DNA of 64,000 nucleotides, from contig OZ024743.1 of NCBI GenBank assembly GCA_964016885.1, positions 327,360,001-327,424,000 on the forward strand, given 5' to 3'. Numbering within the stretch: position 1 is the first letter of the stretch; every line of letters starts with the position of its first letter. This document shows, in pieces, positions 23,399 to 35,576 of the stretch. The DNA comes from Eledone cirrhosa. Taxonomy: Eukaryota. The position numbers were made by a program, and so were the translations under genes. The notes beneath the pieces were generated by a model. The model was not told where the DNA came from and searched no databases. It saw only the letters and a program-made list of their open reading frames with translations.

Positions 23399-24029
23399 AT
23401 CTTTGGGTGAGAAGCAATACAATTTATGAAAGCCAACTGTAATAATCGATTTTGATTTGGTTCTGATTTCTGGTTACTGTTGCTGCTATTGTTGTCATTA
23501 AATGCCTTTCGCTTTAATGTCTTCTATATTTACAAATTGTATTTTAGATTCTAATTGCAATTAATCTTCTCAAAGATGGGGAAGTGCTGTAACATTCTCC
23601 GAGTCAACCAATAACTGCTATGCTGCCAATGATGGTCTCTCTCCCTCTCTCTAAAATGTTTATTTTCTATAATATTGACAACTACCACCGCTCCTTCAGT
23701 TCATTCCATATTTTCCTCCATTATTACTTACAATTATTATCGTGTATTAATAAATACGTTCTTGCCATATCATTTCAATCGATTACGAAATTGGTTTCCA
23801 AACTTATTTTGTGTCGAACCCTTATACGACTTGTTAAAAGTATTGGATAACCTATACCTATATATTCCAAACAGTCCCCGCCACCCTAATTTAAAAAGAC
23901 ACCAGAAAAAATATTTTACTGTGAGAGTCTATTTATATAATAAGAAAAACAATACTAAATACAATATAAAGTATTTTTTATTCGATTTTACTGAAAGAAA
24001 TCTTTAAATGTTGTGGTAGGTCTACATGA

Positions 24030-24412
24030 ACTGTCTTGCCGTCTGAAAGTAGGGCATTTATCTCGTAATCCTGAGCTGCACCTAATTATCTAGCGGGCCC
24101 TAGCACTAGTCAATATCCCCTCAATTCTGAAGCCAGTTGGATTATCTATGATTGATGGCATGAGGCCTGGTGGTGTTACCCTTTACCCCTGGGTAAGAGG
24201 TAGATATCCATATGGGATACATCAGTTAACGACACTTTTGCTCTTTCTAACAGCCTGGAAGTAATTGCATCCGTAGCCAAGCGTAATAAAATTCTAAAAT
24301 ACCAGGAATTATCGGCAAAATATTATTTTCAGGTTGTGACTTTCGAGATGTTTCCAGTACTCTTGACAATGAGGTCCTTGTCATTGTTGACGGCTCACCT
24401 TTGGCAAGGGTG
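24030..24412 (+). mobile_element. CRE-like non-LTR retrotransposon relic (restriction-like endonuclease region), continued at 29789-29870 after the LTR element
   Basis: Degenerate RPGGVTLYPWVRGR...WDTSVNDTFA, matching the RPD..T..PW..G..L.WD.T..DT.A RLE motif. Confidence 0.55.
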
Positions 24413-25187
24413 TGTAGCGACCCCTTAGGGCTGGAACTCAGAACGAATAAGAGTTGCATCCCTTTGTGACGGTCGTGACCCCTAGTGGCACATCCATGAA
24501 CTAACGTATAAGAGTTGCGCCCCTTTGTGACGGTCGTGACCCCTAGTGGCACATCCATGAACTAAATGGAGTTACGTACCCATGGGGACTATATATTTGA
24601 GAGCTTGAGGCCATACTCTCAGTTTCCACTCGCCTCAGCTGAAGAGATGACATCTGCCTGTGAAGAGATGGAGGAGGGTACTGTAGCGACCCCTTAGGGC
24701 TGGAACTCAGAACGAATAAGCGTTGCGTCCCTTTGTGACGGTCGTGACCCCTAGTGGCACATCCATGAACTAACGTATAAGAGTTGCGCCCCATTTGTGA
24801 CGGTCGTGACCCCTAGTGGCACATCCATGAACTAAATGGAGTTACGTACCCATGGGGACTATATATTTGAGAGCTTGAGGCCATACTCTCACTTTCCACT
24901 CGCCTCAGCTGAAGAGATGATTTTTGCTTTCTCTCCCTAGAGATGAATGCTGCCTATGAAGAAATGATTCCTGTCTTCTCTCTCTCTTCTTTACACGCTC
25001 CAGTCTTGGAGTCGAGTCCAACTCACCAACTACACCATCACGACACGTGGTAAAATATTTCTATTTTTTTTTATTATTGACTTCTGTGAAGTAAAACATT
25101 GTACAAACACGCACCAGCCATTCTTATTCTTTTTTATATACACTAATACTAACCTTCTAAAGTGGTGACGCCGAAAAAATAAATAAT

Positions 25188-25370
25188 TGTTTCTACTTTA
25201 GGCACAAGGCCAGCAATTACCAGTGCATTACTGGTACTTTATTTTATCGACCCCGTAAGGATGAAAGGCAAAGTCAACCTCGGCGGGATTTGAACTCAGA
25301 TGGTAAAGGGACGTAACTATGCTGGAAAGCATGGCGTCCGACCCTCTACCGATACTGCCAATCCACCGCC
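25188..25370 (-). mobile_element. Full-length SINE (family A) with 15-bp TSD, inserted at the retrotransposon PBS
   Basis: TSD GAAAAAATAAATAAT at 25173-25187 and 25371-25385. Head GGCGGTGGATTGGCAG, B-box and body are intact. Confidence 0.92.
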
Positions 25371-25635
25371 GAAAAAATAAATAATAGGAGGCGGTATTGT
25401 GTGTATATATATAAAAAAAAAAAAAAAACATTTAATACAGAACAACACGCTTGATTCTGATATGGCTGTATTTACCGATTTCAGCATCTTTCTCTGTAAC
25501 ATTTAACCATCAAACTCCTCATGTGTGCAAAACGAACACAAACACACAAAAAATAAATAATAATGCTGCTAGCTTCCTAGCAAAACAGAACAATTGTATG
25601 AATGTATTTTCTACTTTTCTTTGGCTAAAATACTC

Positions 25636-28600
25636 AGCCGGACTGCACAGTTCGCAGAGATACGGTTTAGGGCTCTGGTCCATCTGGAGCATATCGGTGA
25701 TGGTACCCCATCGAACCTCCTACGGCAAATGAAAGACCTAACGGGGGGGGGGGGGTAGCGGAATCTGCCATGTTAAAGCAGTTGTTCTTCTCGCGTCTAC
25801 CGCCCAACGTACAGGCAATTTTGGCCCCCTACAGACAGCTCAGCGATTATGGCAATGCAGAAGGCCATTCAGGAACTCACCCTGGAGCTCCAGAAGATGA
25901 AGGTCTGGTGTGGTGCCCGTTCGCGCTCGCGCAGCCGCGGGAGATCTCACTGTTTTAGACGCCGCCCCAGGTTACCAGCTTCATCTTTATGCTGGTACCA
26001 CGAGCGTTTTGCCGAGAACGCGAACCATTGTGTGCAACCTTGCTCATTTCTGAAGGCGGGAAACACCAAAGAGGTCCGCTGACGGGGGAAGTTGACCTCA
26101 GCATAAAGCCACCAAACCGCCATTTCTTCATTAAGGACCTTATGTCGGGAAGAAGTTTCCTCGTGGATTCAGGAGCCTCCTGTAGTATTTGGCCGGTCCA
26201 TTGCCTAAAAGATACCCCCGTGGAGTCATCCGTTACTCTGCAGGCCGTTAACCACTCGTCTATAAAGACGTACGGACAAATCTCGCTTCCTCTCAAACTC
26301 CTAAATCTTCGTAGGGATTTTAAGTGGATTTTTACAGTCGCCGATTTGCCATACCCTATCTTAGGAGCGGATTTCCTCCACAACTTCTCTTTGACTGTCG
26401 ACGTCCGTGGCCAACGCCTGGTGGATGACATCACCGGCTTTTCAATTCGTGGCCAGAAAACCAATGCTCCAAGGGTCAGCCCCATATTCTTCATCGCTGC
26501 CGCTGGAGACGCCTACCATTCGTTGTTAGGTTCTTTCCCGGAGCTCACCGATGGAAATTTTCGAGTCACTGAGCCAACACACTCAACCGAACATTTCATT
26601 TCCACCACCTGTGCTCCAGTGTTTTCGCGTCCACGCCGCTTACCGGCGGACAAATTAAAGGCAGCACGGTCCGAGTTCGACCATATGCTGCAGCTGGGCA
26701 TTATTCGCCCATCACGAGTCCTTGGGTTTCACCGTTACACATGGTGCCCCAAACTTCTGGCGACTGGAGACCCACTGGGGATTATAGGAGGTTAAATGCT
26801 ATGACCGTCCCGGATAGATATCCGATCCCCCATCTCCAGGATTTCGCATCGTTATTGCAAGGGTGTAGATTTTCTCAAAACTCGATTTAGTGCGAGCTTA
26901 CCACCAAATTCCGGTCAGGAAGGAAGATATTCCGAAAACAGCGATTACGACTCCTTTCGGATCCTTCGAATTTTTTACCATGCCTTTCGGACTCAGGAAC
27001 GCCGCTAGCACTTTTCAGCGGTTCATAGACGAAGTCACTCGTGGTCTGGACTTCGTTTATGCATATATAGATGATCTTCTCGTCGCTAGTTCCCTCCAGA
27101 AGAGCATATGCGTCACTTGCATCTTTTATTTCGGCGACTTCAGGATTCGTGTGAATTCCGCAAAGTGTGTTTTCGGTTCCGCATCGTTGAATTTTTTAGG
27201 TCACCTCATCGACGCCGAAGGTATTAGGCCCCTTCCTCAGCGAGTTAAAGCTATACAGGATTTACCTCCGCCTACTACACTTCACCAGTTACGTCACTTC
27301 TTAGGCCTAATCAATTTTTATAGACATTTCGTTCCTCATTGTGCTAAATTGCTATCTTCCCTTACCGACATTTTGAAAAATCGTCGTAAGAAGAATGAGG
27401 ATATTTCCTTGGCACAAGGACAGCTCAAAGACTTCCAGACTGCCAAGACAGCACTTGCTAGTTCATCTTTGCTAGCCCACCCGATACCAGAGGCCAAGCT
27501 TTCGCTTTGTGTTGATGCATCTGATACCGCTGTGGGAGCAGTATAACGCTGGAAACCAACAACCTTTGGCATTTTTTCTCAAGCAAGCTGAAACCAGCAG
27601 AAACACGTTACAGCACGTTTGGGCGGGAATTATTAGCCATATATCTGTCGGTAAAACATTTCTCTCATATTCTTGAGGGGAGAAATTTTACCGTTTTAAC
27701 TGACCACAAACCTCTGACCTTCGCTTTGAGGGCTAAAGCCGACAAATATTCACCCAGAGAGACAAGGCACCTTGATTACATTTCGCAATTCACAAATGAT
27801 ATCCAGCACATTGCTGGCTCACTTAACACAGCTGCAGACGCATTGTCACGGTTGCCAATCAGCTCCATCTCATCATACCAGGAGATCGATTTAAGTCGTT
27901 TAGCTGCAGACCAACCTGCACTCCAATCGTTGGATACTCAATCAGCCGAATTTGCCACTGGCAACTTGAAATATCTGCTTTTGTCGACCAGCGACAGGCA
28001 GATTTTATGCGACGTGTCTATAAATTCACCACGACCGTATGTTCCTGAGACTCGCCGTCGAATTGTGTTCCTTGCTTTGCACAGCATTTCTCACCCAGGA
28101 ATTTCAGCCACAGTAAAGCTCATAACGGCTAGATTTTTCTGGCCCAATATGGGGCGAGAAATTACTGTCTGATGCCGTTCCTGCACACAGTGTCAAAAGT
28201 CTAAAGTCCACAGACACATCCGGACTCCACTTGGTACTTTCAGTACTCCAGATGCTCGTTTCCAACACATCCACATCGATATCGTTGGACCTTGGACATT
28301 CAGTAGTGGGTATTCTTACCTTTTGACCTGCATTGATCGTTTTTCGCGATGGCCTGAAGCCATCCCCTTAAAGGACATTACCGCTGAGACTATAGCGCGT
28401 GCCCTGGTATCAGGGTGGATTACTCGCTTTGGCGTACCAACAACAGTCACCACAGACCGTGGTAGGCAATTTGAGTCTCATCTCTTATCTGAGCTGACTA
28501 AGATCATTGGTGCTCAACGAATTCGGACCACAGCTTATCATCCTGCTTCGAATGGAATGGTGTAACGTTTCCACCGCCAATTAAAGGCCGCTCTTCGCGC

Positions 28601-29180
28601 CTATCCAGACTCTACGTTGGAGCGAGTACCTTCCTATTGTGTTATTAGGAATTCGGTCATCAATAAAGGAGGACCTTGGGTTCTCCCCGGTCGAATTATT
28701 GTATGGTGCTCCTCTAGCGTTGCCTGGGCAAATGCTTGCCCCTGTTGATCTTGCTTTTCAGGATCCTCTTTCCTATGTATTTCGTTTGCGCTCCTATTTT
28801 CAGGACCTACCGCCTATGAATACTAAGAAACAAACTATTGAAACTGCAGTCCCGAGGGATATTGCCTCGTGGACACATGTTTTCGTCAGAAACGACGCGG
28901 TTACTCCACCCCTCACACAGCCGTACTCTGGACCCTACCGTGTGTTATCACGCACTGACAAACATTTCACAGTAGACATTAAGGGGTCCAGAAAGACAAT
29001 TTCGGTGGATAGATTAAAAAGGGCATACAATGACGCTCATTCACCCGAGCCACAAATACCCCAATCTTTCTCTCTTGTGCATACACATGCCCCTTCTTCC
29101 CCATCTTCACCTACATACAAGACCACGACCCGTTCCGGTCGAAGAGTCCACTGGCCCAAAAGACTGCCAAACTTTTTTTT
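25636..29180 (+). pseudogene. gag-pol of the CsRn1-like element (frameshifts; stops at ~27544, 28170 and 28563)
   Basis: ORF fragments 25770-26082, 25989-26795, 26890-27546, 27726-28172, 28323-28565 and 28639+ are collinear parts of one polyprotein. Confidence 0.9.
26058..26102 (+). promoter_or_regulatory. -1 ribosomal frameshift signal (gag->pol) of the CsRn1-like element
   Basis: Slippery G GGA AAC in gag frame, 6-nt spacer, then GAGGTC...GACCTC stem. pol is open in the -1 frame. Confidence 0.7.
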
Positions 29181-30214
29181 ATGTGAACTGGCCACTGGAG
29201 CCTTTTTTTTGTTTTTCTTATTCATTGAACTATGTATACATGTACCTTTTTATTTTTCGTTACTATTTCATGCTTGTGCTTGGATCCCATGCTTGTGGGT
29301 TCGCTACAATTACCTTCGGGCTTTCGCCTATCGTCTGGAGGAGGGTACTGTAGCGACCCCTTAGGGCTGGAACTCAGAACGAATAAGAGTTGCGTCCCTT
29401 TGTGACGGTCGTGACCCTTAGTGGCACATCCATGAACTAAATGGAGTTACGTCCCCATGGGGACTATATATTTGTGAGCGTGAGGCCATACTCTCTCACT
29501 TTCCACTCGCCTCAGCTGAAGAGATGACTTCTGCCTATGGAGAGATGATTTCTGCTTTCTCTCCCTAGAGATGAATGCTGCCTATAAAGAGATGACTCCT
29601 GTCTTCTCTCTCTCTTCTTTACACGCTTCAGTCTTGGAGTCGAGTCCAACTCACCAACTACACCATCACGACACGTGGTAAAATATTTCTATTTTTTTTA
29701 TTATTGACTTCTGTGAAGTAAAACATTGTACAAACACGCACCAGCCATTCTTATTCTTTTTTATATACACTAATACTAACCTTCTAAAGGTGCTTCGCTA
29801 CCATCCGTGGCAATGCTGCTTGTTGGCTAGCCTAAAAAAAATATTAGAGAAAAACCCCAGCGCACCTTGTGTCGTGTTACTGAATCTGGCCGTTTTCTCC
29901 CATTTTATTTTCAAATATACATTGTGTTTATTTGTATATTATTCTATTTAAAGAAACCTATTAAGTACACACATACATATTTAAGCCAGTGTGTATGCAT
30001 ATGTATATAAAGAAATCTTTACTATTAACAAGTCATCATAAATTCCACCAGGGAGATGGGTGAAGCTTTACTACAATGGAGAGAGAGCTGGGTTTGTCAG
30101 TTCCTGATACTGACGAGGATTGACGGAAACAGAAAGTATCTGCGTTAGAGCGAAACATTTAACTCTCTCTTTGATCATTCTTATCAATCTTCTAGATGCC
30201 GCTTACTTTCAAGT

Positions 30215-30830
30215 GCAAAATTCTCAAAGGACTGGATTGATGCCTTGTCTGTGACCAACATTGGTGGACTTCTCAGTCTGGACGAGCTCCGCATTTCCAT
30301 TGCATTCCAAGAGGGAGCCAATATCTGTGGGGGTCTGAGATATCGCTATGGTAGGTCTCTCGACTCCATGGGCCTCCATCATTAAGCGGGCCCTAGCTCG
30401 GGTAAATATCCCCTTAGTTCTGGAGCTGGCTGGATTATCCAGAATTGATAGGAAGAGACCATATGGCTTTACCCTTTCTCCCTGAGTAAGAGGCAGATGT
30501 TTCACAGCCAGTGACTCTTTTGCTACCTCCTACATCATGGACGCTGCGGTAAATGTGAGGGTCACTACTTCCATTGCTGAACGGAATAAAATCCCCAAAT
30601 ACCAGGAACTATCAAATAATAATTTTTTTCCAGCCTTTGACGTTCGAAACGTTTGCTGGAACTAGGCTGTTGATAGCGAAGGTCTTGTCACCGTTGGCAG
30701 GTCGCCTTACCGAGGTGTCAGGTGATGCACGTGAGGGTGCCTGGTTGTTTCAGCGCCTTAACCCCTTCATCACCTGCGATAATGCTACGAGTGTGTTGGT
30801 TTCCCTCAAAATTTTCCTTTGACCCTTGTG
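30215..30830 (+). mobile_element. CRE-like RLE retrotransposon relic
   Basis: Degenerate LEPAGL.R.D.KRP.G.TL.P..RGR...DSFATSY and F.PL.FET...WLFQRL motifs. Homologous to 24030-24412. Confidence 0.55.
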
Positions 30831-31261
30831 TTATGAGGCCGATTGCCGCACTTGGTGGTGAATTGATGGTTGTTTTTCTTTCCTTTTCTTTTAATCATAT
30901 ATTTTCGTGCATTATATTTGTGAGGTTCCTAGCAATAATACATTGTATTTATTATGTTTATATTTTCTGTAGGAATTGTAAACAATTTGTAATTTTATTT
31001 ATACAACTGTGAATAATAATAATAATAATAAAACTCTTTATTTATAAAAGATCCACACGAAAAATTTGTCAACGTAAGACATGCACTTTTGTTTAAATGT
31101 TTTATGCTTCTCCAGAATAGCCTCTCCCACTGATAAATTTTTATTTTTGAGTCTTCTTTAAAATAATTGTTTCCAAGAGGGTGAATGCCCCCGGCCTCCT
31201 GAAAAGAATTTCTATTTTCCGGAACAGGGCCAATTTTCTATTATTATTATTTTCAAATACG

Positions 31262-31385
31262 ATCTGAGTTCAAATCCCGCCGAGGTTGACTTTGCCTTTC
31301 ATCCTTACGGGGTCGATAAAATAAAGTACCAGTAATGCACTGGCTAATTGCTGGCCTTGTGCCTAAAGTAGAAATAATTATTATT
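31262..31385 (+). mobile_element. 5'-truncated SINE (family A)
   Basis: B-box, body and tail present. TTATTATTTTCAAA occurs on both sides as a probable TSD. Confidence 0.8.
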
Positions 31386-32034
31386 TTCAAACACATACGT
31401 TTTAAACGCTGTAATTAATGTCACTTTTGTGCCTATTCATCAAACTTTCTTTACTTTAGCGATACAAGTTGGCGAAAGTGTGGGAGGTATAGTGAAATCT
31501 CGACACATTTTACCATGGTAGTTTTTTGAGTCTGCCACTCACAACTACCTCAAGACTGACCTACGACCTCAGAGCCACAAACTTAGATAACGTTCTCTTC
31601 TAAGAGGCCCATGAAAACTAGTTATATAGCAACGGAAACAACATACTCATTCAAAAAAGCACTTGCACACATAAGAACTGCATATGTATATATATTATAT
31701 ATATATAATATATGTGGGTATGGTGTGGCGTGCAGTGGCCGGAGGCGGGGGAGTGCTCGACCGGAAGGGTCTTTTGGCCGAAAGGATGCTCGACCGGAAG
31801 GCCAGCAGAGGGCCTCTCTCTAGTGGTGACCAGCAAACGGTGTGGACGCGAGTTTTGGGCAGCTCCCGGTGTTAAGCAGTTGGACGCACGTGGAAGAGGA
31901 ATAACCTGCAGTGGAATTTAGCGGCGCCTGTGAAAAGCGGTAAGTGAGATAGCTTTTTCTAACCACATGCTATTTCGGCGACTGAAAAAAACAAAAAAAA
32001 AAAAAAAAACACTTGCCGCAAGACAGATCAGAAG

Positions 32035-32796
32035 ATGGCAACAAGACTACGGATGAACGAAGCTATCAGGGCATTCACCGGGGAAGGTGATGTTGTCGCT
32101 TGGCTGCGGAAGGTTCGGCTGGTCGCAAGCTTGCAGAAGATAGAGGACGTGGCCGGCCTCATGGCATTGTACCTCGAAGGCGACGCGTTGGTACTCTTCC
32201 TTGAGTTGGACGAGCACAGCCAAAGAGATGCGCAGAAGATTGAGAGGCGTCTGATGGATGCATTCGCCGAGGGACCGTTGGCGGCTTTTGCTAAGCTGGC
32301 GAGAATCAGGTGGAATGGTGAGCGCGTCGACATTTTCGCAGCGGAAATACGGCGGTTGGCTATGTTGGCCGGTTACCAGGCGGAATGCGAACGCACGGTG
32401 CGGTTGGCGTTCATCAATGGATTTCCGGACGACATAGCGGTGAAACTGCAGCAAGTCCCGGGTTATAAAGAGATGGAAATGCGTTCACTGGTGGAACAAG
32501 CCCGGATCATAGCGGAAGATGCCAAAAAGAGTGTTGCGGCGATAGCAACTACGGAGGCTCAGGACACCTGGCAGCGAAATGGTGAAAGGGAGGCAACCTC
32601 GGCACGCGGCCGTCCGCGTGCGTTTAGAGGGCGCTGTTTTCGGTGCCAGGGCCCGCACATGGCTAGAGACTGTAGAGAGTCGAAGCCGGAGATAATTTGC
32701 TACCGGTGTAAGCGACCAGGCCACATTGCTACTAACTGCGACCAGGGAAACGATCCAAGGGGAACTACTGCGCCGGTAGTTTCCCCTTACGAGTAG
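32035..32796 (+). CDS. Gag protein with two zinc knuckles
   Basis: Intact 253-aa ORF with CFRCQGPHMARDC and CYRCKRPGHIATNC. Confidence 0.9.
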   Translation: MATRLRMNEAIRAFTGEGDVVAWLRKVRLVASLQKIEDVAGLMALYLEGDALVLFLELDEHSQRDAQKIERRLMDAFAEGPLAAFAKLARIRWNGERVDIFAAEIRRLAMLAGYQAECERTVRLAFINGFPDDIAVKLQQVPGYKEMEMRSLVEQARIIAEDAKKSVAAIATTEAQDTWQRNGEREATSARGRPRAFRGRCFRCQGPHMARDCRESKPEIICYRCKRPGHIATNCDQGNDPRGTTAPVVSPYE

Positions 32797-32802
32797 CGGC
32801 GC
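32745..32802 (+). promoter_or_regulatory. -1 frameshift site with H-type pseudoknot
   Basis: G GGA AAC heptamer. Stem 1 AAGGGGAACTAC/GTAGTTTCCCCTT; loop GCGCC(G) is complementary to downstream (C)GGCGC. The -1 frame is open into the protease. Confidence 0.85.
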
Positions 32803-35576
32803 TGCCCGTGGTGGAAGTCTTCGTGAGGGGGAAGCCACAGCGAGCCCTCGTGGATACGGGCTGTACGACGACACTGGTGACCGCGGGGGTGGCACAGAGG
32901 TGGGGAGGGAAGAGCAGCGTAAGGGCAGTCGACGGCAGGAAAATTGAATGCCGAGGTCGCAGCGAGATGGAAATAGCGGTACGGGGAAGGAGGATAAGGC
33001 TTTCCGCCATCGTGGTAGACAGTGTGGTGGATGGGATCGGCGTGGTTATGGGCATGGACGCGATTGGCCGTCTAGGGGGCGTCACGGTGAACAATATCGG
33101 TGTGTCGTTTGGCGCCGCTGCATCGATATGCGCTGTGAGTGCACGTCATGAGAACCAGAAGGCCCACGAGGAGGAATACCCCGCTTACACCGTACAGGAC
33201 AAAGACTTCAAGGCCGTGTTTGATGGGCAGCGATGGGTTGTTGAGTGGTACTGGAAGGGAGAACCACCAACACTGAAGACCAAAGTGGGCTGCTATCAAC
33301 ACACATTGAAGGGAAACGCTAGGAGCGAGTTCGAGCGAGAAGTAGAGAGATGGATCGAAGAGGGCATACTGCTGCCCTGGAAGGAGGAGGTGAAGTGCGG
33401 AGTATCGGGAGCTGAACGAGCACGTGTCATGCCACACGGGTGGCGAGGTTACGGATGTCTGTGGGGAAACCCTGCGTGAGTGGAGACGCATGACAGGGGG
33501 GGGGGGGGGGGGCGTTCAGCGATCGTGGATCTAAAGTCGGCTTACTTGCAGCTGCATATGGATGAGAAGCTCTGGCGGTATCAGCTGGTCAGGTATAAGG
33601 GCCGGACATATTGCCTGACCAGGCTCGGTTTCGGGCTGAGCTCCGCACCGAAGATCATGGCGGCGGTCCTCAAGACCGCTCTGGGGAGGGCCGACAAGAT
33701 AAAGAGGGCTACTAACTCCTATATTGACGACATCCTAGTGGACGAGTCGGTGGTGTCGACGGCGGAGGTCACGAGCCATTTGCGGAGGTATGGACTGACT
33801 GCGAAGCCATCAGAAGCATTGGAGGGAGGGGCCGCGCTGGGACTTAGGCTACGGCGAGACAAGACGGGCGTTTTGGTGTTTCAGAGGGGAAACGAAGTTC
33901 CGGAACTGGGCCCAAGTATGAATAGGCGGGAGCTTTTCTCGGTGTGTGGAAAGCTGGTGGGTCACTACCCGATCGCTGGGTGGCTCCGGACGGCATGCAG
34001 CTATGTCAAGAGACGAGCGGGAGGGGTGACTTGGAGTGACAGAGTGGGAGAGAGGACGGTGGCCATGATGCAGGAGATCGTGGGGAGGGTGAAGGCCGAC
34101 GACTCAGTGCGGGGACGCTGGTACGTTCCCAAATCACAGAGCGGGACCGTTTGGTGCGATGCCAGCAGCATAGCGCTGGGTGTCACGTTGGAGATAGGAG
34201 GTGTTGAGGTCGAGGATGCAGCCTGGCTTAGAAAGAAGGACGACTGCAGCCACATCAATGTGGCCGAGCTGGACGCGGTGTTGAGAAGGGTGAACCTCGC
34301 CCTGCGGTGGGGGCTGCACACCATCGAGATACGCACCGACTCGGCTACTGTACTCGGATGGGTAAGATCAGTGCTCACCAGTGAGAAGAGAGTGCGAACG
34401 AGAGGCGCGGCGGAGATGCTGATAAAGCGCCATCTGGGAACGTTAGGAGAGCTGGCCACCGAGTTCGACCTGAAGCTGAGCGTAGTGTTCGTGCCCTCAG
34501 AGAAAAATAGGGCGGACATCTTAACTAGAGTGAAGAAAGCCTGGATGGAAGCGCCGGAGGAGGTAAAGGATGAGATAGCTGCCGTGTGTCGGCTGACCGA
34601 GTTAGACCTGAAGGGGTTGCATGACATGCACCACATGGGGGTGGATAGGAGCCTGTTCCTAGCCAGGAGAATCGACTCGGACGTTAGCAGACACAGTGTT
34701 CGGGGGGTGGTTAGAGGCTGCGTCCGATGTCAGTCCATTGATCCCGCCCCGGGTGTACACGAAACGGGAAGCCTCCCGGTGGATCGCGACTGGAAGCGAT
34801 TAGCGGTGGATGTGACGCACTACCGGCAGGGAACGTACCTCTCGATGGTCGACTGTGGACCAGGTCGAATGGCGATATGGAGGGAGATGACGACTGGAAC
34901 GGCCGAGGAAATCGTGCGGACGTTGAGAGAGGTGTTCTTGGAGCGGGGCCCTGTGGACGAACTGCTGATGGACAACAGCGCAGCGTTCCGCTCGGAGGCA
35001 CTGAGGGAGATGCTCGATGGATGGAAGGTGGACCGTTTCTTCAGAGCGGCGCACAGGCCGAGCGGGAATGGAATTGTGGAGCGACACCACTGGACGATCA
35101 AGGCAATGGCGGAGCGGGGCCATATCTCACCAATGGAGGCAGTGTTCTGGTACAATATGTCCCCTCGGGTTGGACAGGTCGAGGAATCGGTGCCACACAG
35201 AGCAGTATTCAAATACGAGTGGCGGCACCCGTGCACGCCACCACAACGGCCAGTGGGGAGAGAGAGTGCATTCGTGCAGATGGGCGAAGAAGTCTGGGTT
35301 AAGCCCCCAGATGCACGTTGCACATCTCAATGGGGAAGGGGAACGGTGACGGCCGTAAATTCAAAGAACAATGTGTCCGTGGACGGGGTACCACGTCATG
35401 TCCTGGATGTAAGAAGAATCACTGTGTCGACGGACTCCGAGGAAGAGGAAACCCAAGATGAGGTGGAAACCCAGAGCCCTGCCCCAATACTACGAAGATC
35501 GCAACGAAGTTGTAGACCACCGACCTGGACAGCAGACTTTCATATGCAGAGGGACGAGGGGGAAATTGATCCTTGA
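32752..35576 (+). pseudogene. pol (protease-RT-RNase H-integrase), disrupted near 33400 and at the G-run 33496-33512
   Basis: LVDTGC protease; YRELN, DLKSAYLQL, RLGFGLSSAP and YIDD in RT; CDAS, HINVAEL, RTDS and NRAD in RNase H; HH..C..C and D,D35E in integrase. The RT N-terminus is frameshifted with an apparent deletion before YRELN. Confidence 0.88.

Larger units (their letters stand above)
24413..29788 (+). mobile_element. Ty3/Gypsy LTR retrotransposon, CsRn1 clade, defective, three LTR copies
   Basis: TSD GGTG at 24409-24412 and 29789-29792. LTRs at 24413-24670 (partial), 24682-25161 and 29349-29788. PBS TGGTGAC at 25163, PPT GGAGGAGGGTAC. Gag CHCC motif CWYHERFAENANHCVQPC, protease LVDSGAS, RT YIDD, RNase H DAS, integrase HHCC/DDE/GPY. 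Confidence 0.95.

Noticed and set aside
23204-23422. 72-aa ORF as a complete gene
   Set aside because: Only 23293-23398 is USP-like. The rest is read-through into the intron and a TTG start chosen by a prokaryote-style caller.
24440-24840. CRISPR-like regularly spaced repeats
   Set aside because: They are tandem sub-repeats of the LTR with no unique spacers, in a eukaryotic context with no cas genes.
30110-30160. CTGACGA...GAAAC hammerhead-like motif (similar weak cases at 11695, 36215 and 48655)
   Set aside because: Stems I and III are not supportable by eye; at best decayed copies.
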